A stretch of DNA of 64,000 nt from an uncultured Candidatus Saccharibacteria bacterium (GTDB lineage: Bacteria > Patescibacteriota > Saccharimonadia > CAZBQI01): contig CAZBQI010000001.1 of the NCBI GenBank assembly GCA_964494105.1, positions 67,126 through 131,125 of the forward strand, in the 5' to 3' direction. A model generated the notes under the pieces. The model searched no databases, was not told the origin of the DNA, and was given only the letters and a program-made list of their open reading frames with translations. Both the position numbers and the translations under genes were made by a program. Of the stretch, positions 55,866 to 64,000 are shown piece after piece (position 1 is the first letter of the stretch; each line of letters opens with the position of its first letter).

Positions 55866-56423
55866 GTGGCTGATTTAGGCGTGCTCAAGAAAGATGCACT
55901 GATACAGATTAACTCACAGCCATATCGGATTTTAGAATCTCAACATTCAAAGCAAGCCAGAGGCAGTGCAGTGGTACGGGTAAAACTTAAAAACCTAATT
56001 GATGGCAGTGTTCGGCAAGAAACCTTTCAGGGCAGCGACAAGATTGAATCTGCTAATGTCCAAAAAGTAGATATGCAGTATTTGTATCGAGAAGGTAGCA
56101 CTCTTCATTTAATGGATACAAATAGCTTTGCACAAGAACAAGTTGAGGCGGCCATGATAGGTGACGCGACAAAGTTCTTAATTGAAGGTATGAATGTGAT
56201 GGCCCTACATTATAACGGTCGAATTATTGGGCTTGAATTGCCAAAAAAACTGAGTGTAAAAATCGCCAAAACTGAACCGGCTGTTCGTGGTGACACCTCA
56301 AAGGCAGCCCTAAAAAAGGCAGAGCTAGAGAACGGTACAATTGTCGACGTACCTCTGTTTATTGGTCCGGGTGTTGTTGTAAAAATTGACACTCGTGATG
56401 GAAAATACGTTGAACGTGGATAA
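55866..56423 (+). CDS. efp: elongation factor P
   Basis: 185 aa with GTG start and three OB/KOW-like domains. The conserved loop region is AVVRVKLKNLIDG. Confidence 0.9.
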   Translation: MADLGVLKKDALIQINSQPYRILESQHSKQARGSAVVRVKLKNLIDGSVRQETFQGSDKIESANVQKVDMQYLYREGSTLHLMDTNSFAQEQVEAAMIGDATKFLIEGMNVMALHYNGRIIGLELPKKLSVKIAKTEPAVRGDTSKAALKKAELENGTIVDVPLFIGPGVVVKIDTRDGKYVERG

Positions 56424-56502
56424 TGTTCCGGCGGAAGCCGTTAGCAGTACTTATGCCCAGACTTATCCATAAGTTCTGCGAATACATTAATTACTCATTA
56501 GC

Positions 56503-57237
56503 ATGAAAAAAGCTCGACTAGATGAGATTGTTTTTAAGCGAGGCTATGCTACCTCCAAAACTCAAGCAGCAGCACTTATTATGGCTGGCAGTGTATTTGT
56601 CGAGGGCAAATTACACACTAAACCAGGGCACTCATTGCCAGCGGATGTAGAAATTCACTTAAAAGAGGCCCAACGCTACGTGAGTCGAGCTGCCCTAAAA
56701 CTGGAAAGCGTAGTACAGAAGCTTTCGTTGCATTTCAAAGACAAGGTAGTTCTAGATATCGGTTCCTCTACCGGTGGCTTTACCGATTACGCCTTGCAAC
56801 ATGGGGCAAAAAAGGTATATGCAATTGATGTAGGAACTAATCAGCTCGACTCTCGCTTGCGTGGAAACGAAAAAATTGACTTGCGCGAGAAGACTGATAT
56901 TCGAGACGTACACGAACTGCCAGATAAAATCGACATCGCCCTAGCAGATGTGTCTTTTATAAGCTTGCGAAAGATTTTGCCTGGTATTAGGCAGTTGCTA
57001 AAGCCAAATGCAATGATTGTCGCCATGGTTAAGCCGCAGTTTGAAGCCGACAGGCAAACGGCCAGTATGCATAAAGGTGTTATTAAGAACAATCGGATAA
57101 GGCGAGAAATCTTGAGGCAGTTCGAAGACTGGACGAAAAGCGACTTTATAATTGATGCCAAGGCAGATTCAGCGGTGGCCGGAGCAAAAGGTAATGTTGA
57201 GCGATTCTATCTGTTACGAGTAGTAAAAAAGCTTTAA
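56503..57237 (+). CDS. tlyA: TlyA-family rRNA 2'-O-methyltransferase (S4 domain + FtsJ-like MTase)
   Basis: An N-terminal S4 RNA-binding region (RLDEIVFKRGYATSKTQAAALIMAGSVFVEG) and the SAM motif VVLDIGSSTGGFTD. Confidence 0.8.
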   Translation: MKKARLDEIVFKRGYATSKTQAAALIMAGSVFVEGKLHTKPGHSLPADVEIHLKEAQRYVSRAALKLESVVQKLSLHFKDKVVLDIGSSTGGFTDYALQHGAKKVYAIDVGTNQLDSRLRGNEKIDLREKTDIRDVHELPDKIDIALADVSFISLRKILPGIRQLLKPNAMIVAMVKPQFEADRQTASMHKGVIKNNRIRREILRQFEDWTKSDFIIDAKADSAVAGAKGNVERFYLLRVVKKL

Positions 57238-57271
57238 TAATTACGCAAATTGGCCTAGTATTAAAACGAAT

Positions 57272-57967
57272 ATGCTTAATACCTTACCGACAAATGTAAT
57301 ACCATCCTTCTTAATCGGTTTGTCTAGCGTGTTTTTCGGTATACGGGGATTGTTACACTATCGACGCTTGCGTTCGCCACTTTCGCTTTATTATTCGCTA
57401 TGTGCCTTATTTGTAGGAATCTCCGCACTATTTTACTCATTGCCATTTGTGTTTACCCAGGCGGATGTACCACTCAAAACGACCACCATTATTGGCGATC
57501 TTTTTTACTACGCAACAGCCGTAATGTGCGGAAGAATAATCTGGTATTTGGGATTAAAGAAAAGGGTGGCTTTTGGTTGGGTATTGGCGCCAATACTGGC
57601 AATATGTACTTTTTCGCTAATCGTGTTCGTTGTCGATATTCAGCAGCTTACCTACCAGGTGGTAGATGGATTGGCAGATTATCCCATACCCCCGTTCTCT
57701 AGCTGGCTAATGGCATTTATTACATTACTAATAATAATTGTAGCTGTTTTGACTATTATTCAAGCCAAAGTCATCGAGGATGCGCGCCAAAGATATAGAT
57801 TGTATTCGATCGGGATTGCCTTTGGGTTGGGCGGTATATTTGCCATAATTAATTTCTTGTTTTTTCAGGGCAATAACTCTTCACCAATCTCCATTATTGG
57901 CTACATTGTTGCAGCATCTATACTGTTTTTTGGGCTGGTTTTTGTAAGTCGGCGTAGTTCGAGATAG
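57272..57967 (+). CDS. 7-TM membrane protein of unknown family (tandem paralog A)
   Basis: 231 aa with seven predicted helices. Blocks conserved with the downstream paralog include GLRG..RYRSL.SPL..YYSL and IGD.(L/F)YY. Confidence 0.5.
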   Translation: MLNTLPTNVIPSFLIGLSSVFFGIRGLLHYRRLRSPLSLYYSLCALFVGISALFYSLPFVFTQADVPLKTTTIIGDLFYYATAVMCGRIIWYLGLKKRVAFGWVLAPILAICTFSLIVFVVDIQQLTYQVVDGLADYPIPPFSSWLMAFITLLIIIVAVLTIIQAKVIEDARQRYRLYSIGIAFGLGGIFAIINFLFFQGNNSSPISIIGYIVAASILFFGLVFVSRRSSR

Positions 57968-57974
57968 ACCGAGG

Positions 57975-58667
57975 ATGTTTAATATGCCTTCAAACGTATT
58001 ACCGCTGTTCTTTCTGGCACTTGGATCTCTAGCGCTTGGATTGCGGGGCATTATGCGTTATCGGTCATTGAAATCACCGTTAATTATGTACTATTCGCTA
58101 GCAGCTATACTAATCGGTGCAGCTGCGTTAGTTTACTCGTTGCCATTTACATTTTTCGATGACAGTCGGAGCTTAAAAATTGCTATCACTATAGGCGATG
58201 TATTGTACTATGTCGGTATTCTAATGGTGGTCAAAATAATATGGTATTTACGACTCAAGCAAAGAAAGGTGCCGTTTTTAATAGTGGCTGTGCCGGTCGG
58301 CCTAGTCGCCGGATTTTCTTTCTTGATTGATCTATTTTATCGCCAAGATCAAATATATGGGGTATTTAACAATGTGGCCACGTACCCAACATCGCCGGTT
58401 GCACTCAGCCTGCTGGCGCTACTAAGCTCATCAATTATAATTTGCGGTTTTCTGACAATTACTGAGGGGGTAAAAATCAACGATAAGCGCCAACGCTGGC
58501 GTTTATTTAGCATTGGCACAATGATGCTACTTGGCGGAATCGTGGCGGTTAACAACTTTTTATTCCTGCAAGGAACGAATAACAATACGGCATCCTTGGT
58601 AGGCTATGCTATGGTTTTCTGGCTATTTTTAAGCGGGCTGTTGTTCGTGCGTAAATCTAAACATTGA
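57975..58667 (+). CDS. 7-TM membrane protein of unknown family (tandem paralog B)
   Basis: 230 aa. Paralog of 57272-57967 with the same 7-TM layout and conserved blocks. It lies 7 nt downstream and overlaps the ychF end convergently. Confidence 0.5.
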   Translation: MFNMPSNVLPLFFLALGSLALGLRGIMRYRSLKSPLIMYYSLAAILIGAAALVYSLPFTFFDDSRSLKIAITIGDVLYYVGILMVVKIIWYLRLKQRKVPFLIVAVPVGLVAGFSFLIDLFYRQDQIYGVFNNVATYPTSPVALSLLALLSSSIIICGFLTITEGVKINDKRQRWRLFSIGTMMLLGGIVAVNNFLFLQGTNNNTASLVGYAMVFWLFLSGLLFVRKSKH

Positions 58668-59730
58668 ACCTGAATTCAACCACGTCGCCCTCGTGCATAA
58701 TGTAATCTTTGCCTTCGGTTCGGACCTTGCCTTTGCTCCGAGCCTCAGCCAATGAGCCGGCCGATATTAAGTCTTCATAATTCACAATCTCAGCTGCAAT
58801 AAAACCGCGCTCAAAGTCACCATGAATTACGCCGGCTGCTTGTGGTGCAGTGTCGCCCTTATGAATAGTCCAGGCACGAACTTCTTTCTGACCGGCAGTT
58901 AGATATGTTTGTAGGCCAAGTGTTTCATAGGCCACACGTACCAGTTCTTCTAGCCCGGAGTGTTTTAGTCCAAACTCAGCTAGCAATTCTGCACCCTCAG
59001 CAGGCTCCATTTGGGCTAGCTCGGCCTCTAGCTTGGCGCAAATAAATGCAGACTTGGCTGGGGCTACCAGCTTAGTTAATTCATCTTGCTTTGCGGTGTC
59101 ACTCAAACCTTCCTCATCTAGGTTGAAAACATATATAAAGGGCTTAGTTGTCAGTAGGTTTAGCTGGGCTAGTGGGGTGGCATCGAGTTCGGTTTTTGAT
59201 AGTAATTTACCTTCATCTAAATGCTTTTTGGCTATCTCTAAATGGGCAACTTCCGACTTAATTTTTGGGTCGGCTTTAGCTTGTTTTTGCAACCGCGAAA
59301 TAGCCGACTCTACCGTTTGAAGGTCGGCGAGGATTAGCTCGGTGTGTATGGTATCGACATCGTCGCTCGGATTTATTTGGTTAGCCACATGAGTCACGTT
59401 GTCATCCTCGAAGGCTCGCACCACCTGTACAATAGCGCTGGTCTCCCTGATGTGGGCGAGGAACTGATTGCCCAGGCCTTCGCCTTTGCTGGCCCCAGCC
59501 ACTAGGCCGGCGATATCCACAAACGTTACCGTTGCTGGAATAATTTTTTCGGTCTGGTACAGATTTGCCAGTTTCTCTAAACGCTCATCCGGCACTGCCA
59601 CAATGCCGGTATTTGGCTCAATCGTGGCAAAGGGGTAGTTAGCCGCCAGCACGTTATTGCGGGTAAGTGCATTAAAAAGCGTAGATTTCCCTACGTTGGG
59701 CAAGCCGACGATACCTAGAGTTAAAGCCAT
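58657..59730 (-). CDS. ychF: ribosome-binding ATPase YchF (Obg-like)
   Basis: G1 motif GIVGLPNVGKSTLFNALT, the motif ANYPFATIEPN, and a C-terminal TGS domain. Confidence 0.9.
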   Translation of the reverse strand: MALTLGIVGLPNVGKSTLFNALTRNNVLAANYPFATIEPNTGIVAVPDERLEKLANLYQTEKIIPATVTFVDIAGLVAGASKGEGLGNQFLAHIRETSAIVQVVRAFEDDNVTHVANQINPSDDVDTIHTELILADLQTVESAISRLQKQAKADPKIKSEVAHLEIAKKHLDEGKLLSKTELDATPLAQLNLLTTKPFIYVFNLDEEGLSDTAKQDELTKLVAPAKSAFICAKLEAELAQMEPAEGAELLAEFGLKHSGLEELVRVAYETLGLQTYLTAGQKEVRAWTIHKGDTAPQAAGVIHGDFERGFIAAEIVNYEDLISAGSLAEARSKGKVRTEGKDYIMHEGDVVEFRFNV

Positions 59731-59811
59731 TTATAAATTATAACAGATAGACGGTATTGCAAAAAGAGGAAAAGTATGCTATTATATACACTTAAGGTAG
59801 CAAAATAAAAA

Positions 59812-60267
59812 ATGAGTACTATTGAACAACCAAATGCCCCTGAATCATCTGAACCTACAGCAGTCGATCTTGGCAACGCTATTGTTCAAGCCTGGTCCTG
59901 GCATACCGATGCGTTAGCACAAACACCAACGCACAATGCTTATAAACTTGTTCTTGATAGCGAGACAGCTGGCTCTCCGGCGACATTAGCGATTGAACCC
60001 ACAGTTGGCGCAGATGTAGAGAGTGGCTTAGTATTCGTTGAGCGAGCAACGAAGCATCACCCACCAGAGACATTTATGCTAATACGTGATCCGAAGGGAG
60101 CAGTTTTGACAAGAGTTGATAAGCGCGGAAAACAACTTAAAATACTACCAACAGCAGATACAGATGTTTCAGAGCTAACACATGCTATTGCCACGGGCAC
60201 TTTGCACTCGCCACGAAAGCGGTCGGCACAGGCAATCAGTCGGCTACTATTTCACAGCCGGCATTAA
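59812..60267 (+). CDS. hypothetical protein
   Basis: 151-aa ORF divergent from ychF. No recognisable motif. Confidence 0.3.
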   Translation: MSTIEQPNAPESSEPTAVDLGNAIVQAWSWHTDALAQTPTHNAYKLVLDSETAGSPATLAIEPTVGADVESGLVFVERATKHHPPETFMLIRDPKGAVLTRVDKRGKQLKILPTADTDVSELTHAIATGTLHSPRKRSAQAISRLLFHSRH

Positions 60268-60424
60268 CGCAAATAGGCTGTTTTCAAGTCGGCGGTTTTG
60301 GTAGCGAACTACATAATTTAGTTATTTGTAATTCGTAGTTGGCGATAATGCTTATGGTACAATTACACTAGTAGAATTAGAAAAATGCAACACGATTTGA
60401 GCATAAAACAAGTGAGAAATTTTA

Positions 60425-61465
60425 GTGAAAATATTTAATCAAAGCGTTACTCAAATTGGATTGGATATTGGCACCACGGGTGTGCGGATGGTAGAGCTAG
60501 AATTTTCAAAAAACGAAACCAAATTACTGTGTAATGCTAGTCAGACAATTAGCACTAATGTATCTGAGAGTCAGACCGTCGAGGATCACCAGGAGCTGAT
60601 CGCTACAATAAAGAAACTAATTACGGATTCCGGCGCGACAAGCAGAAGTGCAGTAATTAGCTTGCCGTTATCAAAAACCACATCGACGCTTTTAAAAACG
60701 TCAAAAAAGTCCGATGAAGAGCTCAAGCCGTTGGTAAAGAAGCAAGTGGAGCACTTTACCTCGATGCCAATAAATCAGTTGGCTTATGATTGGATTACAA
60801 CCGATGACAGCATGCCGGATAATCAGATTGAAATATTAACGGTGGCTTGTCCTATTTCATTAGCCCAAAAATATACCGGTTTGGCGTCCAAAGCCGGTCT
60901 AAAGGTAATAGCAGTGGAGCCGGGAGGGATTAGTATTGCACGCAATTTAGCTTCAGTAACCAAGCTGGGCAAGGTGATCGTTCACTTGGGTGCGTACTCT
61001 ACAGATATTGTAATCGTTTATAAGAACACCCCCCGAATCATGCGCTCAATACCGGTTGGTGGCGAGACTATAGTAAACGAGCTAACCAACGAAGCAACGA
61101 TAGAACTCGGACAGGCTCGACAACTTATTGCCAGCTTTGGGCTTAGCCCGGGCAAGCTAGAAGGGCAACTGCAACGCATAATTAAAGCTTCAATCGATAA
61201 GATTATTGATGAAGTAAAGAACACCAAGTTAGTTTTCTTAAATAGATACAAAGATGCTGTAATTGAGCAAATAGTCGTTAGCGGAGGGTCCTCGCAAATT
61301 CCGGGCTTACCCAGCTATATTGCAAATCAAATTAGCTTGCCGGTAGAAATCGGGAATTCATGGGTAGGAATATCTTATGACGTTGCCCGGCAAGATAAAT
61401 TGCTGCAAGAATCTGCCTCTTATTGCGTAGCAGCTGGCTTGGCCCAGCGATCGGTAAGGTTTTGA
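60425..61465 (+). CDS. pilM: type IV pilus assembly ATPase-fold protein PilM
   Basis: GTG start. The N-terminus IGLDIGTTGVRMVEL is actin-like (FtsA/PilM). The neighbouring genes are consistent. Confidence 0.7.
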   Translation: MKIFNQSVTQIGLDIGTTGVRMVELEFSKNETKLLCNASQTISTNVSESQTVEDHQELIATIKKLITDSGATSRSAVISLPLSKTTSTLLKTSKKSDEELKPLVKKQVEHFTSMPINQLAYDWITTDDSMPDNQIEILTVACPISLAQKYTGLASKAGLKVIAVEPGGISIARNLASVTKLGKVIVHLGAYSTDIVIVYKNTPRIMRSIPVGGETIVNELTNEATIELGQARQLIASFGLSPGKLEGQLQRIIKASIDKIIDEVKNTKLVFLNRYKDAVIEQIVVSGGSSQIPGLPSYIANQISLPVEIGNSWVGISYDVARQDKLLQESASYCVAAGLAQRSVRF

Positions 61466-61467
61466 AA

Positions 61468-62067
61468 ATGTCTAAACAAATAAACCTACTGCCACCAATT
61501 GACCAAAAAGAAATAAGCATCGAACATTCTCGTCAATCGTTAAAGGTGCTTCGTGGGTTAACTATCATATTTTTTACGGCTTTACCGCTTCTGCTGTTTT
61601 CTATTGTTACCATTCAATCAAGATATATCAGAAGCACCCAAGAACAAATCAATACTAGTCTAAGTGCCATCAAAAAAACACCCGGCCTCGACACAATGTT
61701 GACTGTTAAAAATGGTCTGGCAGCACTACCCAAGCTCTACCAGAAGAGAGTGCTGGTGTCCGATATATTTAAAGTACTGCCCGGCGTAAGTTCAACCAGC
61801 ATCCAGCTCACCGGCCTAACCGTAAATTCAGATGGTACTGTTGTGTTTAGCGGAAGCTCAAATAGCTACAATAGTATTTATAAGTTTTTCGAAGCCCTAA
61901 AGCAGTCGGGTAAAAACGCCGACCCAAGCGTTGTTAACAACCCAAATGCCAAAGGCCATTTTAGTAATCTGAAACTTGAGGATGTGGGTGGAATAAGTGG
62001 TGGCAGAGTTGCCTTTAAGATAACCGGCAATTACAATCGCCCACCAGTCGAGGTCAAAAATGATTAA
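61468..62067 (+). CDS. pilN: PilN-like pilus assembly protein
   Basis: Start at ATG 61468. INLLPP is the PilN hallmark, and one TM helix follows. Confidence 0.55.
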   Translation: MSKQINLLPPIDQKEISIEHSRQSLKVLRGLTIIFFTALPLLLFSIVTIQSRYIRSTQEQINTSLSAIKKTPGLDTMLTVKNGLAALPKLYQKRVLVSDIFKVLPGVSSTSIQLTGLTVNSDGTVVFSGSSNSYNSIYKFFEALKQSGKNADPSVVNNPNAKGHFSNLKLEDVGGISGGRVAFKITGNYNRPPVEVKND

Positions 62068-62692
62068 TAAACTTGCGGGTTTCTTTAAGTCGCGGTTTGC
62101 CAATCCGACCAAGGTAACGAAGTCGGCTCAGGTGGCGCTTTTTATCTTGTTTATTTTTTCTAGTATTTGGCTAAGCACTAAGCTTATCGGGGAGATTTCA
62201 TACAAACAGAAAGTAATAACTCAAAAGCGTTTAGTAAATACTATACTGAAATCAAACATTAGTGCGGTCGAGAAAATAAAGCAGAATTACGCTGTTCTAA
62301 AAAAGACCGGCCCAGAACCGAGCAAGGTGCTGATGGCGATACCGGTAGAAGCAAGCTTTGCTAGTTTAGGTAACGAATACGAAGCCATGGCCAGTACGAC
62401 CGGCGCCAGGCTTAGCAAGGTGGAGCAAATAGGAGAAGCCAAGAAACTTTCGAACGAAGACGCCCAGGATTCGCTCGCACAAGTTTGGGAATACCGCTAT
62501 AAAATAAAAGCCAAAGGTAATTACCTTAGCCTGCAAAACCTTACTAAAAGTATCGAGACACAATTAAGGCCAACAAAGATCGAATCCGTCAAAATTAGCG
62601 GGCTCGAGCCCGACCTGACAATTGAATACATCCTGACAGGATACTACCAGCCGGCAACTATAATAAGCCCCGCTACGGAGCCAATAAGATGA
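62060..62692 (+). CDS. PilO-like pilus assembly protein
   Basis: 210 aa with an N-terminal TM helix and a coiled-coil segment. It is translationally coupled to pilN. Confidence 0.4.
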   Translation: MINKLAGFFKSRFANPTKVTKSAQVALFILFIFSSIWLSTKLIGEISYKQKVITQKRLVNTILKSNISAVEKIKQNYAVLKKTGPEPSKVLMAIPVEASFASLGNEYEAMASTTGARLSKVEQIGEAKKLSNEDAQDSLAQVWEYRYKIKAKGNYLSLQNLTKSIETQLRPTKIESVKISGLEPDLTIEYILTGYYQPATIISPATEPIR

Positions 62693-62955
62693 GTATGTTG
62701 TCGAGAGACAATCTGGTCAAAATGATAGTAGTTTTAAGTATGGTGGCATACGGCTTTGTTTTTCTTGCTAGCCTCAGGCCGGCTATTCGCAATACCCAAA
62801 TTGAAATTGCCACTAAACTCGATCCGTCATTCGATGGGCGGGCAAAGTTGATATTACTGGGTCAAGATCCTAATGTGCCGGTCAATACGTACTCGGCGCC
62901 CCTGAATTTGAGTACGGGCATTGGCAACGCTACACCGTTTAATGCCGGCGAATAG
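62689..62955 (+). CDS. small anchored protein, possibly a PilP-like component
   Basis: 88 aa with one TM helix and a 4-nt overlap. The assignment rests on position only. Confidence 0.25.
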   Translation: MSMLSRDNLVKMIVVLSMVAYGFVFLASLRPAIRNTQIEIATKLDPSFDGRAKLILLGQDPNVPVNTYSAPLNLSTGIGNATPFNAGE

Positions 62956-63167
62956 CGCTATTGCCAAATAAATATTGTGCCAGTCTGTCTGGTTTAAAAA
63001 TAGTCCAATACGGGAATTTATAATTGTTGCTTAACTAGCCCTTGCTCATAACTAGTCAAAACGCTTATACTTTAAACAGTGAAAATTAATTGCTGCCGCA
63101 TATGTAAAAGTGCTGAATAATTGTCATGGAGTTATTTAGCCAATAGGCCAAAGCAAAAAGGGTGTGA

Positions 63168-64000
63168 ATGGATAGCCAGCCAAAAATTGAAATCCTACTC
63201 GAAGAGGTTGTAAAGCGGAAAGCTTCGGACTTGCACTTACAAGTTGGCTTGCCACCTACTCTTAGAATTGACGGGGCTTTGGTACCGGTAGCGAACCAAG
63301 CGCCACTTACAGAAGAAGTAACCGAACAATTAATCTTCTTTATTCTTGACGAAGATCAAAAGCAAATTTTGCTTAAAGATAAAGAATTTGATTTCTCGTT
63401 TGCGTTTGGTGATGTAGCCAGGTTTCGAGTTAATGCTTTTCATGAGCGTGGCAATTTGGCTGCAGCGTTGCGCTTAATTCCGAATGAGATACGAACAACC
63501 GAGGAACTTGGCCTACCTAAGGCAATTAATAAATTCACCGACTATCCAAGAGGTTTGGTGCTAGTGACCGGCCCTACAGGGTCTGGTAAGTCTACGACGC
63601 AGGCAGCTTTGCTCGACATCATTAATACCACTAAGGCCGCGCACATCATAACTATCGAGGATCCGATAGAATATACCCATAAAAGCAAAAAGTCGTTGGT
63701 TGTTCAGCGTGAGGTACATTACGATACATACTCATTTGCTGGAGCCTTGCGTTCTTGTTTGCGCGAAGATCCCGATGTTGTGCTGATTGGTGAGATGCGT
63801 GATCTCGAAACTATCTCTTCGGCCATTACAATTGCCGAAACCGGCCACTTGGTATTGGCAACATTGCATACAAACTCAGCATCGCAATCGGTAGACCGCA
63901 TGATTGATGTTTTTCCACCGCACCAACAGCAACAAATACGGGTACAGCTTTCGGTTATCTTGCAGGGTATTTGTTCGCAGCGGCTAGTGCCAACAATTGG
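63168..64000 (+). CDS. pilT: type IV pilus retraction ATPase PilT (partial, runs off window end)
   Basis: ATG at 63168. Motifs LHLQVGLPP..R and HIITIEDPIE, Walker A (GPTGSGKSTT) and Asp box (VLIGEMRD). It was not in the ORF track because it has no stop within the window. Confidence 0.8.
   Translation, partial: MDSQPKIEILLEEVVKRKASDLHLQVGLPPTLRIDGALVPVANQAPLTEEVTEQLIFFILDEDQKQILLKDKEFDFSFAFGDVARFRVNAFHERGNLAAALRLIPNEIRTTEELGLPKAINKFTDYPRGLVLVTGPTGSGKSTTQAALLDIINTTKAAHIITIEDPIEYTHKSKKSLVVQREVHYDTYSFAGALRSCLREDPDVVLIGEMRDLETISSAITIAETGHLVLATLHTNSASQSVDRMIDVFPPHQQQQIRVQLSVILQGICSQRLVPTI

Noticed and set aside
57400-57702. 100-aa plus-strand ORF in an alternate frame inside 7-TM paralog A.
   Set aside because: It is an out-of-frame overlap with a clearly membrane-protein-coding frame.
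1-64000. Search for tRNA, rRNA or tmRNA genes, CRISPR arrays, and transposases or integrases.
   Set aside because: Intergenic spacers over 75 bp were scanned by eye. No tRNA-like T-arm (GGTTCGAATCC-type), no repeat-spacer array and no transposase or integrase motifs were found.

Overview
This 64 kb window is gene-dense, about 45% GC, and coded mostly on the + strand. Housekeeping genes (prs, pyrH, dnaG, rpoD, polA, mutM, holA, truB, rpsO, pnp, rnj, ftsK, rpsF-ssb-rpsR, efp, tlyA, ychF, rpsT, msrB) are interleaved with cell-envelope and surface genes. The general style fits a small-genome, Gram-positive-type or CPR/Patescibacteria-like (Saccharimonadia-like) organism; this cannot be verified without a database. 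I found no tRNA, rRNA, CRISPR array, transposase or integrase.

The most unusual locus is at 11.0-19.7 kb. It contains a 1643-aa giant repeat fibre gene with an N-terminal membrane anchor, CxTC-motif beta-repeats and a 353-bp perfect in-frame internal direct repeat. A stand-alone CheY-like receiver is translationally coupled upstream of it. It is followed by a soluble histidine kinase whose sensor module is a ferredoxin-NADP-reductase-like flavoprotein domain plus two PAS domains, and then by two more stand-alone receivers.

Other items worth a second look:
- An attenuator or riboswitch-like leader (27248-27461) with a near-consensus promoter and mutually exclusive hairpins, in front of a compositionally atypical ORF.
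- A four-gene translationally coupled cassette fused behind polA: APH-like kinase, histidine phosphatase, HAD hydrolase and SAM methyltransferase.
- An intact SemiSWEET gene plus a decayed SemiSWEET paralog carrying a 15-bp tandem duplication, a nonsense codon and a frameshift.
- Tandem paralogous 7-TM proteins of unknown family.
- A DHH phosphoesterase with a degenerate DHH motif and a roughly 280-aa proline-rich tail.
- A surface-anchored LamG / Ig-like / beta-helix protein next to an RND transporter, VKOR and an L,D-transpeptidase.
- A secretin-less type IV pilus cluster (pilM-N-O-...-pilT) with a distant pilin gene.
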